Shown in pieces: positions 38,930-51,168 of a stretch of DNA of 64,000 bases; position 1 is the stretch's first letter; every line of letters starts with the position of its first letter. The notes under the pieces are model-generated. The model did not search any database. It was not told the DNA's origin and saw nothing but the letters and a program-made list of their open reading frames with translations. The stretch lies in NCBI RefSeq assembly GCF_000497125.1, contig NC_090601.1:62001-126000 (forward strand). Reading direction: 5' to 3'. Origin of the DNA: Spironucleus salmonicida (lineage: Eukaryota). A program made the position numbers and the translations under genes.

Positions 38930-39727
38930 TCACTTCGCTAACCACTTTTCTCTTTTCTTCCCACTGTATTTACTCATTGGTCTAATATCATCTCCCTTTT
39001 CGGCAGCCTGGACTTTCTTGCGCAAAATCCACTCTCTACTATGTTTGTCCATTTTGGTGCTTAAAACGCGTCCGCCATTACCTAAACGCTTGGTTTTGAT
39101 ATCACTAACTTTTCCAATTCGTTTATCGCCAGTAATTCCTCCGGTAAGGACCAAAAAAATCTTTTTCGCCTTTGCGGAATGAGGAAAATCGACTATCAAC
39201 TCGCCTGCAAACCCAGCATCTCTAGATGCATCTAGAATAAGCTTCAGCTGCTTATCATCCTCTGGATAGAATTAGAAGACTGCTCGTGCACCTGGTTTCA
39301 GACACGAAAATAAACTAGAAAATAGACATAATAGTCGTTTATACGGATTTTCAGTATTGTCATTAGAGTAACAGAGCCATTAGAGGCATGAAATTGAAAA
39401 ACAACCATCGAACTGACCAGGCTAGAAAGGTAAGCCTTTACCAGCATCTAGAAGTAACAGCGAGTCGGATTCATTGAGCTTAAGCATGTCCATCGAAATA
39501 TCAAGTGCAATTGTGAGATATCCTTATTCATTTGCGTAATTTGTTGAAATTCCACTTCCAGCTCCAATCTCCAATAATAATGCTGGTGCTTCCATAGATA
39601 GAAGCTCTAACGCCCTGTCTGTGAGCTGCAATTGGACATCATTAATTCTGGTATTATCGTTGTATTGTGCAGCCGTCTCAGCGTTGTAATACATATCAGC
39701 AGGTCCTGTATTCTCTGGTCTTACCAT
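38930..39727 (-). CDS. BUD23: 18S rRNA m7G methyltransferase Bud23/WBSCR22
   Basis: 265 aa; MVRPE...[52 protein letters not shown]. Confidence 0.95.
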
Positions 39728-39760
39728 ATTAAAGTGGCTAATGGAGTGGAATTAAAAATA

Positions 39761-42133
39761 TCAGTCAACGTTGGTTAACCATCCTTGCTTTAAATTTTTA
39801 AGCTTTTCAACAATATCAGGGTTCTGAGAAGCAAGCTGCTACGCCACATTTTATCCTTGAATTGGCTTGTAGATAAAATTCTTTTAAATTGAAGAGTCTT
39901 AAATTTTAGTCTTATAAGCATCATATTCAAGCTGTAACTTTCTAATCTAATCGTCTTTATCTCTTGATAAAGTGTGCTTGTCCTACTTCAACTTTTATAT
40001 TAATGTAGATAAGTCTTTAATTTGCAGTAACATCCTTTCATTCGTTTGATCAGAAATCGTGATTCTTTAAATTAATAACTAAATTTCCTATTCTTTCTGT
40101 TATATCTATGAACCAGACTATTCGTGCAAAAACACGTACTCCAAATTCTGTTTTTCTAATGTCATTATTGTATACTTAATCTGTTCAAGCTGCTACTAGG
40201 AATCTACAAAACGATCGTTTGAAAGCTCCAATCGCTATTTAAATAACTGGCATTGCGACTGCTCATTTCGCAATGAAATCACCATCTGTTTAAGCTTGGT
40301 TATCTCGATATCCTACTTTTATGTCAAAGATAGATTTTCGTTGCCAGTCAGGTCCTTTTCACCATCGTTTCCATCGCTAAATCCTCTCAGCCTGTTGTTG
40401 TCCGCCGTTAAAGTAAGAATCTTTTAGTCGTACTCTTCGACTTCCTGTTCGTTCTGGAACGTCAGCTGCTAAATCTGCTATTCCATGAGGATTTTTTTGG
40501 ATTTTTCTTCTGAAAGCAGATTTTGGAATTCGACGCATTTTTCGTCTTTAAGTATGATTTTCTGCTGTATTTACTCCATTTGAGTCTGCATTTACTTGTA
40601 GTTCAAAATTTCTTCTTTCATCTCCAAATTTTCTTGCAGAAGTAGCTCGATTTCAGCGTCATTTTGCTTCATTTGAGAGGTCTCTGCCGACTCATTTTGT
40701 TGTGCCGGAAGAGCTGCAAGTTTCGTCTCAAGATCTTTGATATCTGCCTCGTAATTTTACTTCATCAAATATTTGGCCTCGTTAGCCTTCTCTAGCTGAG
40801 CTATCAATGATGCGATTCTAATATTCGCATCAGAACCGATTTCATGTTATATCATTTCTGTCTGCAACTCTCCGTTTTCGTCAGATATTGGATTTTACTG
40901 GCCGCTCATACAAAGTAAAAGGTCATCCTATGTTGGAATTTTGACTTCAGATTCTCCAAATTTCTCTTTATACCAGTCAATAGTCTTAGATTGCATGTCA
41001 ATGAATTATTTTTAGCCTAATACTTGTTATTATAGTTTTTCAATAATTGCCATTAACTCTTTGACGGATTTTGTAGCGTTTACTTTAACTTTATTCTTAA
41101 TGCATTTAGCTCGCTTTCCAAAATCTAGAGTTGAAATAGTTTCATCTCTATTGAAAGGATGTGGGGAAACGGCAATTAATAATGTGGTTTTAGAATTTCC
41201 TCCTAAGGATTCTTATAATAATCTTGTGAGTTTTGAATCTCTAAATGGGATATGGCCTTTAAGTTTACCTTCAGATGCTTCAGCTAAGGCTTTGATACAA
41301 AGGCCTAATGCAGTAAGCGATCCATTAATATTTTTAGCTTCTTCAAGTCTTTAACCAACCACTCCTGTTTTACCAATCTTTTCAGATCCTGCTAAATCAA
41401 CTAAACACATTTTTCCTTCTTATTTCGAATTGTCTGTTTTATTATGTTAAGATACATTAATGATAATAACAGTATGTGAACGAGATGATACTGCGTTCAT
41501 AGAAGTTGCAGACACCGCACGATTTGAATCACCAATATTGATGACGGTGATAATATCTTCAGGGCAACAAACTTATGTTTCTACTGCATTTTCAACATAA
41601 ATTCCTCTATCAGGTGATTCTCTTATCTTCAAATTTTCATGATCAGGTCCTCTAGCTAATAAATCATTGACTTACTCATTATAAATTTCTAAGAAAGAAC
41701 AACGAATGGAGTATTCGATATCGTTATTATCAGAATGTAATATATGGTTAAATATATCTTCAGCAGATCTGGGTATAATTCCCTTTCCTTCATCATCATT
41801 GACATCTGAACCAAACATTGAAAATGATTTTCCAGCACCAGTTTGCCCATATGATAAAATAGTACCATTATATCCCTACAAAATTTACTTAACTGTATCA
41901 TTAGCTGCCATATTATACACATCTCTTTATGATACTCCAGGTGGATAAACTCTATCTAGACAATATTTTTTAGTTCCCAAACCACCTTCTAATTCTATCT
42001 CAAGATTTTGCTCATCTATAAAATTGCATACCATCTATTCAGGATCTTTACCAGCTTCAATAAACTCTTTTCTCTCACGGCTATTTATAGGTCTAAATCT
42101 ACAAAGTACTCTGACACTTGCTGCTTCTGCCAT
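39761..42133 (-). CDS. Kinesin-1 heavy chain
   Basis: 790 aa; [50 protein letters not shown]; coiled-coil stalk; tail IYKPIQG resembles the IAK motif. Confidence 0.9.
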
Positions 42134-42178
42134 TTTTAGATTTATGAAATGATTTTATACTATATTATTAAATATTAA

Positions 42179-42922
42179 TCATTAAATAACAGAACCGCTT
42201 AATCGTCCTAAATTTTTACTATTATAACTTATTGCCAATCCAGTTTGGAAATTTTATTTAACAATTGAATTTCCTGACACTCCCGCTTATTTTAACGCGT
42301 TAATTAAAGGTAAACTTGAATCCATCAAATTGCTTATTACATATTTCTTCTTTATCAGACGTTCTTATTTTCTTAGTTCAACTTCTTCACACTACGTGGC
42401 CATGACTGATTATGACCGTCTAAATTAATTGTTTAATTAAGGAGCCCTAGTTAATGCATCAAATAATTTTCTATTTGAGAGATGAGGTAGTTAATCTGTT
42501 CGTTCTTTGATAATATAGTCTGCAACTTTATTTTATACTTTTAGTTAATCATAAAATTCGCTTCCCATTCCTAAGCCTCCTGCTAACATATCATCATATT
42601 CAGATATAATAAACGTAAACGGTGGCTTAAACTGTTATAATTCTTTTTCCAATGCTTTTGGCACACTAATAATATTAAAAATTTTAGCTATAGAAGGATA
42701 TTTTTTAATAAATGGAGATATAACATTAAGTCTGTTGAATGTAACAAAATAAAAATATAAATTCGGAAAATCGGCTCTACGTTACAAATAAAACGGAATT
42801 AAAGACTCCGATACAGATGACTCAACATCTAATAATTCAACGACATATGGAATACAATATTAGTGTTGAAATGTTTGATGCAAAAACTTAAACTAATGGA
42901 AGGATGGAAATTTAGTTGCCAT
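42179..42922 (-). CDS. Hypothetical protein
   Basis: 247-aa frame MATKFPSFHQF...GSVIQ*. Confidence 0.6.
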
Positions 42923-43021
42923 TATTAACGAATATAACATCCTTAATACAGTATATTACTATTAATTATATGAAAAATAATTTAATATTGTTTTTATATT
43001 GTAATTTTTCTTTATTTAAGA

Positions 43022-44332
43022 ATGCGATATCCATTTTGTTTTGAAATTACGGATGCTGATATTTATTCATTCGATAACTAATTTATATTTACATAAATTT
43101 TATCTTAACCGATTCTATATAATTATAATGTTGTCTTTTCGTTTATTAGTCCATTTGACTATGTTATTAACGAATTATCATCGTATCAGTAGAATGATTA
43201 ATGTATAGATATTCCAAATAATTTATCTTCTTAAGATTCAGTTTTACCTCTACAAATAGATAACAGTGATATTTAATAATTGTCTAAAATTTAAGCTTTA
43301 AGAATTATTTGGTAAAATTAGCTAGATCAAGATAAATAGGAATTTTCAGTGAAATAAAAAGGAAAATATGAATCACATTTAAAAAATATAGCTAAACGAC
43401 AATAATAAGCTATATAACTTATTTAAATTTAACATAATAAGGACTAGTAATTATTAGAACAAAAAATAAAGCTCAAAGAATAATTAATAAATAATAATAA
43501 GCAAGAGTAAATAAAATTATAATCTTAATAGTAAGACTTACTTAATAAATCATAGTTACAAAAATCTATTCATATTTAGTAAATAAAATAACAATAGGTA
43601 TATAAAGAAAAATATGAAACTGATTTAGCATCATTTCGACAAGAATTAAAATTATAGCATTAAGAATAAGAAATTCTTAAACAATAATAATCAATATAAT
43701 TAAAGTAATTGAGAAAATAACATGATTAAGAAGCTTTTAAACTTTTATCTTAAAAGTAATAAACGATAAGAGACCTTCTTAAAAAAGATAGAACATTAGA
43801 ATTACGACTTAATTAGACATAAAATAAAAATTAGCAACATGAAATACATGTCTATGATTATAAAGATAAATATGTTTAGTAGATATAGTTATTTAAATAA
43901 GAATTCAAAACTAATTATGAACAAAAATTAGATAAAATTAAATTCCAACATGAAAAATATATTAAATAAACAAATTTAGACAAAACAAGAAGAGTTAAAT
44001 TAGCAGAAAGTTCATTGCAGTAAAGAACAATATCGAATATAGGAAGGTATAGAGCTTTTGAATCTCCATTACGTAAAAGCACTAATTAATTAAATTTAAG
44101 AGGCTAATAAATATAAATTGACTACCAATAAAAATAAAAATAATATGAAAATGCTTAAAACTAAGCATTATTAGACAAAACTGAGTTTACTAAACGTATG
44201 AAGTAATTAATGTATGAGGAAAAGAAACGATAAAAACAAATTTTATCATAAAATGTGAGAAAACGTAAACCAATTTCTATTAATTAGTGTAACAATAATT
44301 TTTTGAATCAGGACTAAGAATTTGTCGAATGA
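43022..44332 (+). CDS. Q/K/E-rich coiled-coil protein
   Basis: 436-aa frame with very dense TAA/TAG Gln codons. Confidence 0.65.
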
Positions 44333-44357
44333 AAATATTATAGTTATTGTATATACA

Positions 44358-44753
44358 TCACTAAGCTTCTACTTGGCTAGTAATAAGTTAGTCTATCTCC
44401 TCGATATCTTTACCTAATTTTTCCGTATGGGCCTGTTTATTTGCCAGAAGTTTTGTTTTTATGTCAATATCTATCGTCAAAGAAATCTGTTAATTACTTA
44501 AAAGTTTTTCTTAAATATTTAAAATTTATACCATTTTTTCTTCTTAAAGTTCTACCTTTACTCGTCTAAACACATTTAATATTGCAGATTGAAAAACTTC
44601 TAATAGTTATTTTTCAGCAACCTAATATAATTGATTTAAAAGATCAAAGTAATTATCAAAACAAAATATTGCACTATATATTGCTTGTTCAAGTTCAATA
44701 CTACTTTAAAGTTAAATTTCGATTATATGCAACAATTCCTACAAATTGTTCAT
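44358..44753 (-). CDS. Hypothetical protein
   Basis: About 131 aa, MNNLQELLHII...SQVEAQ*; start and stop are in the same frame, middle not fully verified. Confidence 0.45.
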
Positions 44754-44858
44754 TTTTCAATAAATTAAATTTATATAATATTACTTTCATAAACTAATCC
44801 AAAAATAAATTATAAGCTTTATATTTTAATGAATATAATTTCATTCCACTTTATCTAA

Positions 44859-45281
44859 ATGAATTCCACAACTGTTGCAATTATTGGAGCTAAAAATACA
44901 GGAAAATCTTCGCTTGCTACTCGCCTCGCCTATAGTAAATGTAAAGAAATTGAATCTGGGATCTCTGATATTTATAACAGAAAACTGGTTAGTGGAATTT
45001 TAGAAGTTCTTGATGGCTCAAATGATTTTAATGAGAATTCAGATTTTGTTAAAAAGACTTAGTATTTAATAGTCTGTTTTTCTAACACTGAAGAGACTAC
45101 AGAGATGCTTAATCTGGCTTTTGCTTAACGAGGGGGTGAAAAGTTAAAATAATGTTGGGTATTAGGATTACTGAATTAGGTCTAAGGGGCATTTGATAGA
45201 TTTGATGCTATTTGTTTAGATGCCGATGCCAAAAATGGAGTTGGACTTAACTCAATTTATACATAGCTTGGAATTAAGTGA
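44859..45281 (+). CDS. Highly divergent Ras-superfamily small GTPase-like protein
   Basis: 140 aa; VAIIGAKNTGKSSL (G1), ISDIY, LEVLDG, DAKNGVGLNSIY (G5-like). Confidence 0.7.
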
Positions 45282-45347
45282 TAATACTTAGTTAATTTAA
45301 ACCAGATATTGTATTCATAATATCGTTGATTTTAGTAATAATAATTA

Positions 45348-45716
45348 ATTTCAGCTTCCTCGAGGCGGGTGCAGTGTAATGACGAGCTTAGTGATCCAGA
45401 AGATGCGGCGATGACCGTACAAAAAAGCTAGCTGACAGTAAAATCTCAGTTGGATATAAAGTAATCTCATCCATAGTAAACAGAGTTGTAATAGTTAAAA
45501 TAGGATAAGGAGGATATGTAAAAGCTTATTGACTCATTAAAACTAGTATTAATTAAAATGAGTGTTAATATTGATTCTCCAAAAATCTAGTAATACCTTA
45601 CGAAAAATCATGGCGTGGTGCTTATTCCAAGTACGATTGATGATTTGGAAGCTAGCGACCGAGAAATTTTGCATGGTTCCTTAAGGAGCAGTGCTATGAA
45701 TACCAGCCTTTGGTGA
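45348..45716 (+). pseudogene. 5'-truncated duplicate of the 48274-49611 coiled-coil gene
   Basis: Carries only the last ~122 codons; an internal ATG at 45411 could give 101 aa. Confidence 0.75.
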
Positions 45717-45738
45717 GAGTGATATTATCCATTCCTAA

Positions 45739-46020
45739 ATGCAGGTTACTACTTTGGATTAGAATCTTGCTGATATTGAAATCATCCGTCGCAAGAACAA
45801 GGAGTTTTAATCCTAATAGCATAAGATATCGGAAACACTTACTCTTTAATAAGAGCTTATTGAGGAAATCACTCATAATATAGGATCTACAAAAGATCGC
45901 ATGCGAGAAGTTACCTAAAATGCAGACCGGGCTCTATAAAAAATAGGAGGCCTTAAAGGAGCACTAGGTGGTATGGGTACGATATTATGTCTTGGGGTGG
46001 TTTGGTTAATTTTCGGGTGA
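45739..46020 (+). CDS. Minimal Qc-SNARE (copy 1)
   Basis: 93 aa; KISETLTLQQELIEEITHNIGSTKDRMREV plus C-terminal TM MGTILCLGVVWLIFG. Confidence 0.7.
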
Positions 46021-46039
46021 GTGATTGCCACTTCAAAAT

Positions 46040-46933
46040 ATGGATACTAAAAGTTTTCTTCGTAATGGAATGGTACTTATGCGAGAATGCGAATATGACG
46101 AGGCTTGTGAATGCTTCATACCAGCATGTATCTAGATATGCAGCTTGATACCGTGTTTGATTTAGATCCCAGAGCTATAAATTTATATTGAGTCTACAGC
46201 ATCAGAAATATAGCATATTTAGGCAGCATTTAACTGCTTATCTATATTAGCATTCGCATAGTATAAGGCCGGTCATTATAGCACCGCATCTATTGTCTCT
46301 ACCTAACTAATTCGCCTATTATCTCGCCACGGAGTATTATCACATCATGCGTTGTTTAATAATATTATTTACGCCAGGAGTAATGCGCCTATGTCCGCCG
46401 TTTCTCATTGTCGTCGCTTATAAATGGACTCATCTACTCGTGCGCGAGCCAGCTACGAGCTTGGTATGTGTTACTTAGATAGTGATGAAGATCTTGCCAT
46501 GGAATAATTTTAATTATCTAACTCTTTAGGATATTAAATGGCCGAACATGCAATTTGCGAATTACTGCATAAGAAAAATCTACTTGATGCTAAGAGAGCA
46601 CGTGTAAACGCTAAGCATTGTCCGGGAAAGCGTTTATTTGTTAAAGTTCTGCTACATCTTAATTTATAGGAGCCTGCCTCAAAAGAATGCAGACATATGT
46701 TAACATGTGACAATAACTAATGCGCTAGATTTTAGAATATTTTAAATTTTGAGTTTGATAGTAGTATATAACGCAAAGTTACTTCCACCGAATTATCAGA
46801 ATCCTAATTAGGAATTTTGGCATCACGTTATAATAGTAAACTTATTGAGTTAATTGATGTAAACACGTTTAAAAATAAAAGAATAGATGAGAGGGTTGCA
46901 ACTGACATTGTTACCAAAATCTTAAAGTAGTGA
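46040..46933 (+). CDS. TPR-like helical repeat protein (complete copy)
   Basis: 297 aa; GMVLMRECEYDEACECF, LAFAQYKAGHYSTA, ASYELGMCYL; extends from the left arm into the spacer. Confidence 0.7.
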
Positions 46934-46941
46934 CTAATAAT

Positions 46942-47121
46942 TCACTCGTCAAATAAAAGCCAGTCAACATTATCATTAACAAACATTTCCAATAGTGCTG
47001 GTTACTTAACAATATCATCTGGATACCGAGAAAATGAATTTGTACGAGGTGTACGTGACTATAAATGATTAGGTGATGGAGTATTAGGACAGCAGAGTTT
47101 AGTATTTGTAGGTGTTTTCAT
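46942..47121 (-). CDS. Small TP/SP-rich protein
   Basis: 59 aa MKTPTNTKLCCPNTPSP...DWLLFDE*; C-rich motif upstream and GAGTGA stop context. Confidence 0.55.
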
Positions 47122-47950
47122 TTTATAATTTGGAGCGGGGAGAATGAGTATTTAAAAAATTAATCGTGAGAATACTTTCTAATTTATAATATTTTTTTTA
47201 GAACAATAATTACGATGATTTATAATATATCATTTATATACTAAATTAATATGTTAACTAATATTTTATTTATAATTATTTATATTATAACATATGTCTG
47301 CATTCTTTTGAGGCAGGCTCCTATAAATTAAGATGTAGCAGAACTTTAACAAATAAACGCTTTCCCGGACAATGCTTAGCGTTTACACGTGCTCTCTTAG
47401 CATCAAGTAGATTTTTCTTATGCAGTAATTCGCAAATTGCATGTTCGGCCATTTAATATCCTAAAGAGTTAGATAATTAAAATTATTCCATGGCAAGATC
47501 TTCATCACTATCTAAGTAACACATACCAAGCTCGTAGCTGGCTCGCGCACGAGTAGATGAGTCCATTTATAAGCGACGACAATGAGAAACGGCGGACATA
47601 GGCGCATTACTCCTGGCGTAAATAATATTATTAAACAACGCATGATGTGATAATACTCCGTGGCGAGATAATAGGCGAATTAGTTAGGTAGAGACAATAG
47701 ATGCGGTGCTATAATGACCGGCCTTATACTATGCGAATGCTAATATAGATAAGCAGTTAAATGCTGCCTAAATATGCTATATTTCTGATGCTGTAGACTC
47801 AATATAAATTTATAGCTCTGGGATCTAAATCAAACACGGTATCAAGCTGCATATCTAGATACATGCTGGTATGAAGCATTCACAAGCCTCGTCATATTCG
47901 CATTCTCGCATAAGTACCATTCCATTACGAAGAAAACTTTTAGTATCCAT
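47015..47950 (-). pseudogene. Chimeric TPR gene copy (duplicated 5' ~220 codons plus read-through into AT-rich spacer)
   Basis: Same start and sequence as the 46040 copy until 47288, then open through non-genic sequence to TGA at 47017-47015. Confidence 0.6.
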
Positions 47951-48642
47951 ATTTTGAAGTGGCAATCACTCACCCGAAAATTAACCAAACCACCCCAAGA
48001 CATAATATCGTACCCATACCACCTAGTGCTCCTTTAAGGCCTCCTATTTTTTATAGAGCCCGGTCTGCATTTTAGGTAACTTCTCGCATGCGATCTTTTG
48101 TAGATCCTATATTATGAGTGATTTCCTCAATAAGCTCTTATTAAAGAGTAAGTGTTTCCGATATCTTATGCTATTAGGATTAAAACTCCTTGTTCTTGCG
48201 ACGGATGATTTCAATATCAGCAAGATTCTAATCCAAAGTAGTAACCTGCATTTAGGAATGGATAATATCACTCTCACCAAAGGCTGGTATTCATAGCACT
48301 GCTCCTTAAGGAACCATGCAAAATTTCTCGGTCGCTAGCTTCCAAATCATCAATCGTACTTGGAATAAGCACCACGCCATGATTTTTCGTAAGGTATTAC
48401 TAGATTTTTGGAGAATCAATATTAACACTCATTTTAATTAATACTAGTTTTAATGAGTCAATAAGCTTTTACATATCCTCCTTATCCTATTTTAACTATT
48501 ACAACTCTGTTTACTATGGATGAGATTACTTTATATCCAACTGAGATTTTACTGTCAGCTAGCTTTTTTGTACGGTCATCGCCGCATCTTCTGGATCACT
48601 AAGCTCGTCATTACACTGCACCCGCCTCGAGGAAGCTGAAAT
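47288..48642 (-). repeat. Right arm of the 1355-bp inverted duplication
   Basis: Reverse complement of 45348-46702; supplied ORFs 45694-45876(-) and 48114-48296(+) are identical. Confidence 0.95.
47970..48251 (-). CDS. Minimal Qc-SNARE (copy 2)
   Basis: Mirror of 45739-46020. Confidence 0.7.
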
Positions 48643-49611
48643 AACATTCTACTATTTTTCATCTTTAATATCTTTCTAAGCTTTGGGTTTTGAAATATTT
48701 AATTAAACTTAATTAGATAAATTTGCCGATAATTTATTTTCTATAATAGATTTCGGCTGAGCAGCTAACACTTAAATTTCTATAAATTATTGTTATAGCT
48801 ACTTTAACTCATCTTCTGCTTATAGTACTAAATTTTCATTTTCTTGTCTAAGTAATACAATTTCCTCTTTATATTAAATTATCTCTTCTTATAAGTTTTA
48901 TACCAATTAACCTGTTTATTTACTTTATTTTAACTGAGTAATTTCTTTTTATAAAGCTTAATTAGTATTTTTTAACAAATTAACTTCTTATCTATGCTTA
49001 TTTTATGCCGTTTATACCTCAATTTAAATATCTTCAATAAGTTATTATTGTTTTTAGCTACTTTCAATCTCTGCCTGTAATAAGTAATTTGCCTCATTTA
49101 ATTAATTTTGTAAATCATCAATTTTCCTTTTATCAATATAACTTACATTAGAATTATTTATATTTTATTTAGGCGTAGGTTATGGAGGTCTTTATAATTA
49201 ATTTGTAATTGAAGATGTCATCTACTCTGACTTTTTTGATTCCACCAACGACTAAATTCCTTAGATCAGTATTTAAAGATTTCCTAATCCGTCAATAACT
49301 GCTTGTCCTTACTTTAATACTTAACTTAATGCTTATACTGCAGACCCACCATTTCCATCATCTTAAGCCTAAATTAATAAAGACTGAACAACTTCAGAAA
49401 GATCCTAAGCCTCTGAATGATTTCTATTAATATGATCAGAGATAAGAGTCACAGCTTCTTAAATTTTAGCAACATCTTTTGGAACTGCGGATTACAATTT
49501 TTAACGTAAAATTGGCAACTATTTTTAAGCTTTCTAAACAAATTGTGATAATGATTAGTGACGAAGTGATATCTCTTTTATTGTTGGTTACATTGTTTAA
49601 AGCAAACTCAT
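48274..49611 (-). CDS. Coiled-coil protein (complete copy)
   Basis: 445 aa MSLLQTMQPTIKE...AMNTSLW*; 3' end lies in the right repeat arm. Confidence 0.7.
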
Positions 49612-50224
49612 TTTTAAGCGGAAATATTATAAATTATACTATTTAAATTATATAATATTATATTTCGTCTTTAACTTAAATAATAAACATAATATCACTA
49701 AAAATATCTGTGACAGTATTATAATGCTTATTAAAAAATACAAGTAAACATAAAGATTTCTATAGAACAAATACGTGACATCTAAATAAATTATATTGAT
49801 TTTATGTTTGTGATATTAATCTCAAAGATACAAAATTTAAGTAATTGATTTTCAATAATAATGTTAAAATATTTTAATCATTTTGAGGATTATATTAATT
49901 TAATACTAATTTAACTGATAATATTTCAGAATTATGCTCATATAGACTTTCAACTTATAGCCCATATTTATATTAATTATTATATTTTTACACAATATAT
50001 TGACTTTAAATAAATTACAAAATAATTAATAGCTTATAAAACTAATTATAGAGTTTTAAAAACCATTTCCGTAAAAAAATTATTGTAAAAAATTAATCAT
50101 ATTTTTTGCTTAAACATGATTATCAAATATTATATTATAGATATATACCTAAATTTCAATATAATCAAATCAAGTTATATAATTTTATTATGTAATATAT
50201 GAATAATGCACATTATTAAAAGTT

Positions 50225-51115
50225 TCAAATTGCTTCGTTAATAAATGTATTTCCGATTAAAAATTAAACTATAATACTCAAATGGGCCTAAACATACTCA
50301 GCAGATTTATAAAATCCTTAGTGTATATACACCACTTCATCGTTGACATAATAACTGATTGGATCTATGTCTATATCAGCAATGCTATCTTAAATTAAAT
50401 CCCATGTTCCCCTAATAACCACATAAAGTATTTACTTCTCGATAAACACCTAGAATACCGGTTTATATGGTTTCCCGATTGAGTTCTTAATAACTACGTT
50501 TGCGTTGATGTCTCTTTTTTCATAAACCTCGTTGCTTAAAATACATAGTTTCAAGTCTAGTTTTAAATCATCCTGGTTGATGTGTTATGGAATTTCTGAG
50601 ACCTCTGCAAAGTCAGTACTCTAAACTTTTAACAATATGTCTGGTTGGCTCTTATTAATGGCTGTTATTCTAGACAACTAGCTCACAGCCTGTGCGAAAT
50701 TATTAATAGACTCGTTCGTATTATAGTCCTCACTTGTAAGATAGCTTCGCTGAAACTCTATTGCCTAATTGAGGAAGTGATGAGCAAGTGCTTGCTGCTA
50801 CTGCGAATCTGCATAATATCCTGCGTCCTTTAGCAGCTGAATGCGCGTCTAGCCTTCGAAGGCCAAAGGGAAGAAAGATATTAACCGTGAAAGGGTCTAA
50901 ATATCTGTTTGCATAAATTTTAAGAAGAAGTAAGTGTGGAAAATGATGCCACTATCCGAATAAGTCAGGTACATCGCTTGGATGAACGATATTAATTTCT
51001 CTGGGTTAAAACCCTCAACCAGCACCTTTATACTTCTTAAATCGCTGCTTTTTTTGATGTGACGATGTATGGTTGCAAGAAAGTGAGGCTTGGGTGCCTG
51101 GCACCGAATGTTCAT
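50225..51115 (-). pseudogene. Class-3 lipase-like gene ending before the catalytic GxSxG
   Basis: 296 aa; LYVVIRGTWDLIQDSIADIDIDP...YIHQGFYKSAEYV, then about 20 non-conserved residues and TGA. Confidence 0.7.
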
Positions 51116-51168
51116 TTATAACGTATTGTGCATAAAGATAGTATAATATAGTATATATTGAAATTCCG

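Larger units (their letters stand above)
45348..46702 (+). repeat. Left arm of a 1355-bp inverted duplication
   Basis: Reverse complement of 47288-48642 (positions sum to 93990); identical at every point checked; match stops at 45347/48643 and 46703/47287. Confidence 0.95.

Noticed and set aside
32586-39727. Functional cluster of RNA/chromatin genes (PWP1, H2B, TOP3B, TGT, BUD23)
   Set aside because: Each has its own upstream motif; adjacency in a compact genome is not evidence of an operon.
45694-48296. Identical 60-aa ORF pair MSDFLNKLLL... as a mobile-element gene
   Set aside because: It is the antisense shadow of the duplicated SNARE; useful only as a marker of the inverted repeat.
45348-48642. 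Transposon with long terminal inverted repeats
   Set aside because: The arms consist of ordinary host genes cut mid-CDS; no transposase or target-site duplication is visible.
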